From contig JBIOXB010000097.1 in assembly GCA_044869275.1 (NCBI GenBank), positions 1 through 13,881 on the forward strand: a stretch of DNA of 13,881 nucleotides, given 5' to 3'. The stretch's first letter is position 1; every line of letters starts with the position of its first letter. Under the pieces are notes generated by a model. It saw only the letters and a program-made list of their open reading frames with translations. It was not told the DNA's origin and made no database searches. Below are positions 1-6,740 of this stretch, in pieces. Source of the DNA: a bacterium. GTDB lineage: Bacteria; Zhuqueibacterota; Zhuqueibacteria; Zhuqueibacterales; Zhuqueibacteraceae. The translations under genes and the position numbers were made by a program.

Positions 1-4
1 TAAG

Positions 5-32
5 CAACATCGAGCATCTAGCATCCAGTATT
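5..32. repeat. Tandem degenerate heptamers of a second family (CAACATC GAGCATC TAGCATC CAGTATT); possibly one arm of a palindrome extending outside the window
   Basis: Four consecutive 7-nt units with core AGCATC read directly from the sequence; unrelated to the AAAATCC family. Confidence 0.55.
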
Positions 33-81
33 TTCAATAGCAGGGCTTTAGAAAAATACGCGCACTACCGCAAGGCACGGT

Positions 82-169
82 AAATTCCAAAATCCAAAAG
101 AAGATTGGAACACGATACTATTTGGACTTTGGGTTTTGTGCTTTGTGCTTTGGATTTTGAGTTTTGGAT
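82..169. repeat. Heptamer palindrome element E1
   Basis: A-arm AAATTCC AAAATCC (82-95). T-arm of 7 units TTTGGAC TTTGGGT TTTGTGC TTTGTGC TTTGGAT TTTGAGT TTTGGAT (121-169), ending exactly at the amylase stop codon (170-172). Confidence 0.9.
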
Positions 170-1657
170 TTAGTTCTTGAGATTCCTCAACTCGAAGACA
201 TGGTACTCCCATGCCGGCACATCCAAATAAAGCCCGCGTGATTGCAGCTCATTTCCGTCGCGATCGTATTGCGCCTCGCCCATCAAATCCTGCAGCCGCC
301 ATTGCCGACCGCCAAGCTCGGGGAACGCCAGCCGCACGTAACATTGGCTGGGTTGCGCGGAATAATTCACGCAAACGAGCAAGCGCTCGCCATTGGCTTC
401 CTGCCAAGCATAGGCGATAAAGGAAACGGATGAGCCATTGCCCTCCCAAGTGGGAACGCATTCGAGCAATTGCCATTGCCCTTGCCGGACCGCTGGCCGC
501 CGCAATACCTCGAGCAAGCGATTGTAGAACTGCTGTAGGGAGGTATTCGCGGGCTCATTCGGGCCGCGAACCAGATGCGGAGAGATGCGCTTGAGGCGGC
601 CGTCGAATTGTCCATGATGGAAAAAACGCAGACCCGGTGATAGAAAGGTAATCACGGCCGCTGCCTCGTGCACGCCCGATGGAAATGTGGCCGCGGCGCG
701 CGGCTCGTCGTGATTTTCCAGAAAGCGCGCCAACTTGTTTTGATAATCCAAGCCCGCGTGAAAATGCTCGCGCACCGGCCTGACGTGACCTTCGTGGAGA
801 CGGTCGTACAGCCGCTTATCGTAGGCGTAGTCGAAGCCTTGTTGTTGCATCGTCCATTCCAAATCCCAGTAGACTTCGGCCATGAAACAAAAATCCGGAA
901 AGCGCTCGCGCACCTGCTGTGTCGCCTTGGGCCAGAACGGCTGAGACCGGATACCCCAGGTTCGTTCGAAGACCTCCGGCAACACCAGCATGGCCATGTC
1001 GCAGCGCACGCCGTCACACTGCCCGGCGATTTTCACCAGTTCTCCGATCATTGCTTCCTGTGTGGCCGGCTTGCCAAAGTTGAGCTGCAGCGTGTCCGGC
1101 CAGCCCGCAAAGTACGGATCGCGCCCGTAGGCAAGCAGCAAGTCGCCCTGCTTGCGCTTGACCCAGGTATAGTTCTTGGGCGCTTGCGCCATTGCCACTT
1201 CGTTTCCGGCAACGTAATACTCGGGGTGATCCTCCACCCAAGGGTGATCCAGGCCGGTGTGGTTGGGGACAAAATCGAGCATCAACCGCACGCCGCGTTT
1301 GCGCAGCCGTTCGCGCAACCGGGCCAGGGCCGCATCTCCACCGAGATTGCTGTGTGCTGTATAACCTGTGATCGCAAACCCGGAACCGGCGATATCCTGC
1401 TCACGCAGATCCGGCAGCGTCTCCTCGAACTCTTTGCGCCATTCGTTTTTCGTGCGTGAAATACGTTGCCCGGCCGGACCGGTTTGCCAGACGCTCAGAA
1501 ACCACACCCAGTCAAAACCCATCTTTGCCAGACGGTCCAGTTCTGCATCTGGAATATCATCTAGAATCGCGACCCGGCCCAACTGCTGGGACAATTCCGT
1601 CAGCCAGACACGGGTGTTGATCTGGTACAGGGAAGGATAGGTGGATGATGTCATCAT
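170..1657 (-). CDS. GH13 alpha-amylase-family glycoside hydrolase (~495 aa)
   Basis: GH13 conserved regions LDFVPNH, DGVRCDMAML (nucleophile Asp), AEVYW (acid/base Glu) and FLENHDE. Start moved from the ORF-track 1711 to ATG 1657 (or 1654), because the extra N-terminus (DFGLRILDFEI) is translated repeat E2. Confidence 0.9.
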   Translation of the reverse strand: MMTSSTYPSLYQINTRVWLTELSQQLGRVAILDDIPDAELDRLAKMGFDWVWFLSVWQTGPAGQRISRTKNEWRKEFEETLPDLREQDIAGSGFAITGYTAHSNLGGDAALARLRERLRKRGVRLMLDFVPNHTGLDHPWVEDHPEYYVAGNEVAMAQAPKNYTWVKRKQGDLLLAYGRDPYFAGWPDTLQLNFGKPATQEAMIGELVKIAGQCDGVRCDMAMLVLPEVFERTWGIRSQPFWPKATQQVRERFPDFCFMAEVYWDLEWTMQQQGFDYAYDKRLYDRLHEGHVRPVREHFHAGLDYQNKLARFLENHDEPRAAATFPSGVHEAAAVITFLSPGLRFFHHGQFDGRLKRISPHLVRGPNEPANTSLQQFYNRLLEVLRRPAVRQGQWQLLECVPTWEGNGSSVSFIAYAWQEANGERLLVCVNYSAQPSQCYVRLAFPELGGRQWRLQDLMGEAQYDRDGNELQSRGLYLDVPAWEYHVFELRNLKN

Positions 1658-1674
1658 TTTTAGCTTCCAGGTGC

Positions 1675-1871
1675 AAATTTCAAAATCCAAAATTCTAAGC
1701 CCAAAATCCAAAATTCAACACAAAATGCGAACGTCATCTTTTTGGGATTTGTGCTTTGGATTTTGAGTTTTGGATTTATGCTTTTGGTTTCCTAGCCCAA
1801 AATCCAAAATTCAATACAAAATACGAACATCATCTTTTTGGATTTTGTGCTTTGGATTTTGTGCTTTGGAT
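1675..1871. repeat. Double heptamer palindrome element E2a/E2b (tandem duplication, 96-nt offset)
   Basis: Two A-arm/loop/T-arm units. 1698-1778 and 1794-1874 align without gaps at 74/81 nt, including the loop. The last T-arm abuts the GH63 stop (1872-1874). Confidence 0.92.
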
Positions 1872-4580
1872 TTAGGTTGTTGGCTTCCTTGCCTCAAAGA
1901 TTGCCCGGCGTCCGCCGGCCAAAATCTGTTCGGCGCTGACGGAGGCGAAGACATGCATCAGGCTGGCAACCGTGCCGCTCCAGCCGGTTTGATGGCTGGC
2001 GCCGAGGCCGGCGCCGTTGTCGCCATGAAAATACTCGTAGAACAAAACGTGATCCCGCCAATGCGGATCGTCTTGAAACTTCTTCGCGCCACCGAACACC
2101 GGTCGACGACCGTCCTTATCGAGCAAGAACATGCTCGCCAGTCGCCCGGTGATATCCTTGGCAACTTCGTAGAGTGTCTTCAGCTTCCCGGAGCCGGTCG
2201 GACACTCGATTTTGAAATCATCGCCATAGTACACATAGAAATTCAGCAGCGCGCGGATGATGAGCGCGTTCACCGGCATCCAAATCGGGCCTCGCCAATT
2301 GGAGTTGCCGCCAAACATGCCGTTATTCGACTCCGCCGGCAGGTAATCCACACGATGCTCCTGACCCTCCGTATGGAATATGAATGGATGTTCCGCATGA
2401 TAGCGCGACAGCGCGCGCAGCCCATACGGACTCAGGAACTCCTTCTCATCCAGCATCACGGAGAGAACCCGGCGCAGCTTTTTCTCATCAAGGATCGCCA
2501 GGAGTCGACGGTCACCGTGGCCCGGCATACCGGGATGATGGATGTTTGCCACCAGGTCGGGACGTCTCTCCACAAACCAGCGGGCACGGGCGCGGATCTC
2601 AGGGATTTTTTCCAGCATCTCGGACATGAGAACGGTCGTGGCGCAGAGTGGAAGTAAGCCCACCATCGAGCGCACCTTCAGCCGCTGGGAACGCCCATCT
2701 GGCATGCGCAGCACATCATAAAAGAAACCGTCTTCCTCATCCCACATTTCATCCTGATGCTCGCCCACCCGGTCCATGGCGGACGCAATCCAGATAAAAT
2801 GCTCGAAAAATTTCAGCGCCATATCCCCGTAAACAGGATCGTGCAGGGCGAGCGCCAGCGCGATTTCCAGCATGTTCTGGCTGTACAGCGCCATCCACGC
2901 GGTGCCATCGGCCTGCTCCAAATGCCCGCCGGTGGGCAGCGGCGCGCTGCGGTCAAAAACGCCGATATTGTCCAGCCCGAGGAATCCGCCTTGAAACACA
3001 TTCTTGCCGGTGAGGTCCTTGCGATTCACCCACCAGGTGAAATTCAACAGCAATTTGTGAAAAGCGTGTTTGAGAAAAGTTATGTCGCCCTCGCCGCTTT
3101 GCAGCTGCTCATGGATGTAAGTGGTAATGGTGGCCCAGGCATGCACCGGCGGATTCACATCGCTGAAATTCCATTCATACGCCGGAATCTGGCCGCTGGG
3201 ATGCAAGTAATGCTCGCGCAGCATCAAATCCAGTTGCTGCTTGCCAAAATGGGTATCCACCAGCGAAAGGGGGTGGATATGAAAAGCCAAATCCCACGCC
3301 GCGTACCAGGGATATTCCCACTTGTCCGGCATCGAGATCACATCAGCATTCACCATGTGAAACCACTGATCGTTGCGCGGGGCCGGACGCTTGCGCGGCG
3401 AGAGCGGATCAGAACCGCGCTCCACGAGCCATTCTTCGATATCAAAGTCGTAATATTGTTTGCCCCACAGCATGCCCGCCAGCGCTTGGCGAAAAACGTT
3501 GCGCTGATCATCATTGAATGACGCCGGCGCGACCGCAGTATAGAAAGCATCTGCTTCTTGCTGGCGCGCGGTGAAAATCTTGTCGAACTGGCTGCCAAAG
3601 GGATTGCTGGCTGACGCGGCCCCGCTCAGCCGCAAGCGAATGGCAACGGATTGTCCGGCGCCGACCGTGACTTGATAATGCGCGGCGGCTTTGGTTCCAA
3701 TTTTTTTCGGATTCACCGCGTCTTGCCGGTTGTGGACAATATAATTGTTGATGCCGTCTTTGACGTAGGGCGTGCGATTGGCAACGCCGAAGATGCGCTC
3801 GGTGTTGGTTTCGTTTTCGGTAAAGAGCAGGGGCGTGCTTCCTTCGGCATAAAAATAGCGCGCGCCCAGCTCAGGATGCGAAGCTTCGATCGCGCTGAAG
3901 TCTTTGCCGGCCGCGCTTTGTTTCATCACCGGCTTCGCTGCCTTCTCATACCACGACCAGGTGTTGCGAAACCACAGCGTCGGCAGCACGTGCAGAGTCG
4001 CGGCTTCCGGGCCGCGATTATGAACGGTGACCCGAATCAAGATATCTTCCGGCGAGTCTTTGGCATATTCGACAAAGACATCGAAGTAACGATCTTGATC
4101 GAACACACCGGTGTCGAGCAATTCATATTCAAATTCTTCGCGGCTGCGTTCCCGATTGGTCGTGACGAGATGGTCATAAGGATATGCCGCCTGGGGGTAC
4201 TTGTAGAGATACTTCATGTACGAGTGCGTCGGCGTGCTGTCGAGATAGAAATAGTATTCCTTGACGTCCTCGCCATGATTCGCTTCGCTATTGGTTAAGC
4301 CAAAGAGCCGTTCTTTGATGATGGGATCCTTGCCGTTCCACAGCGCGAGCGCGAAGCAGAGCTTTTGCTGGTCATCAGAAATGCCGGCAATGCCGTCTTC
4401 GCCGCGGCGATAGGCGCGCGAGCGGGCCTGATCGTGCGTGAAGTAATCCCAGGCATTGCCGCCTTCACTGTAATCTTCGCGCACCGTGCCCCATTGCCGC
4501 TCGCTGAGATACGGACCCCATTTCTTCCAGGGCAGATTTTGCTCCTGCGCTTCTTGCAGCCGTAGATGCTCTTTTTCCAT
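1872..4580 (-). CDS. GH63/MGH1-like glycoside hydrolase (glucosidase), 902 aa
   Basis: Family motifs WKKWGPYLSERQWGTVREDYS, HGEDVKEYYFYLDSTPTHSY, SMPDKWEYPWYAAWDLAFH, FGGNSNWRGPIW and FYEYFHGDNGAGLGASHQTGW; strong SD upstream. Confidence 0.92.
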   Translation of the reverse strand: MEKEHLRLQEAQEQNLPWKKWGPYLSERQWGTVREDYSEGGNAWDYFTHDQARSRAYRRGEDGIAGISDDQQKLCFALALWNGKDPIIKERLFGLTNSEANHGEDVKEYYFYLDSTPTHSYMKYLYKYPQAAYPYDHLVTTNRERSREEFEYELLDTGVFDQDRYFDVFVEYAKDSPEDILIRVTVHNRGPEAATLHVLPTLWFRNTWSWYEKAAKPVMKQSAAGKDFSAIEASHPELGARYFYAEGSTPLLFTENETNTERIFGVANRTPYVKDGINNYIVHNRQDAVNPKKIGTKAAAHYQVTVGAGQSVAIRLRLSGAASASNPFGSQFDKIFTARQQEADAFYTAVAPASFNDDQRNVFRQALAGMLWGKQYYDFDIEEWLVERGSDPLSPRKRPAPRNDQWFHMVNADVISMPDKWEYPWYAAWDLAFHIHPLSLVDTHFGKQQLDLMLREHYLHPSGQIPAYEWNFSDVNPPVHAWATITTYIHEQLQSGEGDITFLKHAFHKLLLNFTWWVNRKDLTGKNVFQGGFLGLDNIGVFDRSAPLPTGGHLEQADGTAWMALYSQNMLEIALALALHDPVYGDMALKFFEHFIWIASAMDRVGEHQDEMWDEEDGFFYDVLRMPDGRSQRLKVRSMVGLLPLCATTVLMSEMLEKIPEIRARARWFVERRPDLVANIHHPGMPGHGDRRLLAILDEKKLRRVLSVMLDEKEFLSPYGLRALSRYHAEHPFIFHTEGQEHRVDYLPAESNNGMFGGNSNWRGPIWMPVNALIIRALLNFYVYYGDDFKIECPTGSGKLKTLYEVAKDITGRLASMFLLDKDGRRPVFGGAKKFQDDPHWRDHVLFYEYFHGDNGAGLGASHQTGWSGTVASLMHVFASVSAEQILAGGRRAIFEARKPTT

Positions 4581-4582
4581 TT

Positions 4583-4590
4583 GCTCCTCC
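4583..4590 (-). promoter_or_regulatory. Shine-Dalgarno (GGAGGAGC) of the GH63 gene, directly preceded by a small hairpin (GAAGTTA/TAACTTC, 4594-4624)
   Basis: Minus strand reads GAAGTTA...TAACTTC AGA GGAGGAGCAA ATG. Confidence 0.7.
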
Positions 4591-4628
4591 TCTGAAGTTA
4601 TTTCTACTTAGCCAGATTAACTTCGGTG

Positions 4629-4688
4629 GCCCGCTAAACACGCGACATCCACTAAAAAGCTTTTGCGTTTTTCGTGTGTTTCGTGGGC
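4629..4688. repeat. Imperfect palindrome built of 9-nt-period units (CACGAAA-type)
   Basis: Left arm GC CCGCTAAAC ACGCGACAT CCACTAAAA; reverse complement of right arm GC CCACGAAAC ACACGAAAA ACGCAAAA. Confidence 0.7.
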
Positions 4689-4756
4689 ATAAGTTCTAAT
4701 ATGACCATGTAGGATTGTGAGATTTTCGTGTTAAGCTTTCATCATCATCGCGTGTT

Positions 4757-5767
4757 TTACAATCCGCCCAGCCAGCTGTGTTGATAGCCGACCACGAATG
4801 CATCAAAATCCGATCCTGCTCTGGTGGCTGCGCCGGTGTGCACCAGCGCTTTCAGGGCGTGCTGGCGCCCGACCGGCACCGAAAACGTGGCGCCGATGCG
4901 CCAGTTTTTTTGAAAATCACTCTTGAAATTTCCATTCACTGAGGTCTCTCCGCCATCGGCGTAGCCGCCATTCACCGCCAGCCAAAGCCCGGGCTTGAAC
5001 ACGTAACTCACGTGGCCTTGCACGGTCAGCAGCGGCTTCTGCTCGAGCCGCGAGGTGCGAAGATACTCGGTATTGTCCATGAACAGCCAGACGCCGCTAA
5101 AGGCTTCGAGATACCATTTGCCCAGCCGCTGCGAGACGCCGAGCTCGGGTTTGAAAGACCAGCGATTCGAGCCGAGGTTGACGATTTTGCTCTCGTCGTA
5201 CTGGCCAATCGGCAAGGAGATGACGAGACTGGCGCCGGCAATGGTTTTCTGTCGGTAATTCCGGAACTCTCGGGGAGCAAGCGCGGGTGCGCCGATGAAA
5301 TTCACGGAGACGCGCACGCGCGCATCCGCAAAGCCGGTACGCGTTCCGCTCGTGTCCCGTCCCGCGACCTTTAAATCGCCCGCGAGCCAGGTGAACGGCA
5401 CCAGCACTTGCACTTTGCCGTGCATTCCGAAAAAATTCATGGCGCGGACATAGCCGGCACCCACACCATGCGCCGTGACGCGAAAGTCCTCGACGGGAAG
5501 GGAAGCATCGACAATAATATTGCCGCGCGACAAGCCATAAGTCGCCGCCACGAAGTTCATTCCCACCGGAGCATTGGAATAGGCCCGCGGTTCCAGTTCT
5601 TGCGCCGAAGCCAGGCCGAGAGGCAAAGCCCAAAATCCAAAATGCAAAATCCAAATTCCAAAACTCAAAGCCCAAATTTCAAAATTCAGAATCGAAATGA
5701 AGGGCACACCTCGGGACATTGGATTTGGGGCCTTGAGATTTGAGCTTTGAGCTTTGGGCTTGTTCAT
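4757..5767 (-). CDS. Putative outer-membrane beta-barrel 'transporter' (MetA-pathway/phenol-degradation-like family)
   Basis: A-S-A|QELEPRAYSNAPVG mature start, GFAD-x-R, P-x-GQYD...NLGSNRW-x-x-KPELG motifs, amphipathic strands and a YQHSW end. ATG 5765-5767 overlaps the upstream TGA (ATGA). Alternative start at Met17 (5719). Confidence 0.78.
   Translation of the reverse strand: MNKPKAQSSNLKAPNPMSRGVPFISILNFEIWALSFGIWILHFGFWALPLGLASAQELEPRAYSNAPVGMNFVAATYGLSRGNIIVDASLPVEDFRVTAHGVGAGYVRAMNFFGMHGKVQVLVPFTWLAGDLKVAGRDTSGTRTGFADARVRVSVNFIGAPALAPREFRNYRQKTIAGASLVISLPIGQYDESKIVNLGSNRWSFKPELGVSQRLGKWYLEAFSGVWLFMDNTEYLRTSRLEQKPLLTVQGHVSYVFKPGLWLAVNGGYADGGETSVNGNFKSDFQKNWRIGATFSVPVGRQHALKALVHTGAATRAGSDFDAFVVGYQHSWLGGL
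5625..5759. repeat. Heptamer palindrome element E3, inside the 5' end of the transporter ORF
   Basis: A-arm of 10 units (5625-5694: AAAGCCC AAAATCC AAAATGC AAAATCC AAATTCC AAAACTC AAAGCCC AAATTTC AAAATTC AGAATCG), 23-nt loop, T-arm of 6 units (5718-5759). Confidence 0.92.
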
Positions 5768-6630
5768 TTCATCACCGTGAAAGCTTGCTTGAGACTGACT
5801 TCCACCAGGGTTCCGGCGGGGATTTGAATTTGGCCGCCGGAGCCAAGCAATGCCAGTGCACCGCCAACGGCCGCGCCAGCAGCGGCGTCGCCGGCAGCCG
5901 CACCAATGAGCGCTCCGGCACCGACCTTGCGAGCGGTACCCGCCCTGCCGCCCTCGGCGCCAACGTCATCAGTGGCGATGGCGACCAATTGATTATCGAT
6001 GCTGATTTCCGTAAAAGTCGCGACCAATCGCTGCGTGCCCACGCGTTTGCCGCCGCTGGATTCCAAAACTTTGCCATAGACTGTGGTACCCTTGGGCGCA
6101 ACCACGACACCATTGGCGATCAAATTGGCCTCCAGCACCGCCGTAAACTTTGCACCTGTTTGATGCGTCGCCGTGCCGATTTCGTCCTTCGTCTTCAGGG
6201 TCAGCTTGGTGCCGGCTGCGACGGTGACCGGCTTAGGCTCCGGCGGTGCGGGTTTCGCTACTGCCGCGGGGCTTTCGGGCTGAGCCGTTGGCGTTGATTT
6301 GGGTGGCGGCGTTGCCTGGACCGCGGGCCTCCCCGCCTCCGGCGTGCTTCCTGCGCCTCCTGACGCAGCCAGGTACACGGGCTTTTCACCTTCCTTGAGC
6401 GTCAATGAATAAACCTGATCCATGGCAATCTCGCGCACCTCGCCGCCGGTCTCGAACTTGATCCCGGCATCCGTGCGCGAGATCAGCTCGCCTTTGAGTA
6501 TGGTGCCGTCTTTGAGCACCAGAGTGTGAGCCTCTGCTTTGGCTTTCTTGCCGCAGGAAATGCTCATCGCTGCGATGAGCGCCAAGCTGCAGAATAAAAG
6601 CAAGCGTCGCACTGTCTTTGGGGATAGCAT
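5764..6630 (-). CDS. Predicted lipoprotein: small N-terminal beta domain, Pro/Ala linker, TrbI/VirB10-like C-terminal domain with glycine zipper (288 aa)
   Basis: Signal with lipobox-like SIS|C26; linker ATPPPKSTPTAQPESPAAVAKPAPPEPKP; AGT-x-L...P-x-GT-x-V-x-G-x-V...GAGALIGAAAG...IPAGT pattern; SD AAGGAG upstream. Confidence 0.65.
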   Translation of the reverse strand: MLSPKTVRRLLLFCSLALIAAMSISCGKKAKAEAHTLVLKDGTILKGELISRTDAGIKFETGGEVREIAMDQVYSLTLKEGEKPVYLAASGGAGSTPEAGRPAVQATPPPKSTPTAQPESPAAVAKPAPPEPKPVTVAAGTKLTLKTKDEIGTATHQTGAKFTAVLEANLIANGVVVAPKGTTVYGKVLESSGGKRVGTQRLVATFTEISIDNQLVAIATDDVGAEGGRAGTARKVGAGALIGAAAGDAAAGAAVGGALALLGSGGQIQIPAGTLVEVSLKQAFTVMK

Positions 6631-6647
6631 GATCGATCTCCTTGTTT

Positions 6648-6736
6648 AAAATCCAAAGTCCAAAGTCCAAAGCCCAAAATGCAAAACCCGATATGGAAAA
6701 GATAATCATTTGGGCTTTGGAATTTGAGTTTTGTGC
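6648..6736. repeat. Heptamer palindrome element E4
   Basis: A-arm AAAATCC AAAGTCC AAAGTCC AAAGCCC AAAATGC AAAACCC (6648-6689), 19-nt loop, T-arm TTTGGGC TTTGGAA TTTGAGT TTTGTGC (6709-6736); upstream gene stop at 6741-6743. Confidence 0.92.
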
Positions 6737-6740
6737 TTGT

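Noticed and set aside
28..82. Small hairpins GTATTTT/AAAATAC (28-59) and TACCG/CGGTA (66-82) as the operon terminator
   Set aside because: Stems are too short or weak and lack an adjacent U-tract.
1658..1711. N-terminal extension of the GH13 ORF (also 8943-8993 and 10659-10676 for the PLC fusion and VIT ORFs)
   Set aside because: These are TTG starts within translated repeat arms; better ATG/GTG starts lie downstream, with a clear SD at 8942.
1770..2657. 295-aa plus-strand ORF and the other long antisense ORFs (668-1459, 2757-3521, 7912-8886, 10750-11601, 11851-12498)
   Set aside because: They are shadows of well-supported minus-strand genes in GC-rich DNA, have no recognisable motifs, and several start in repeats.
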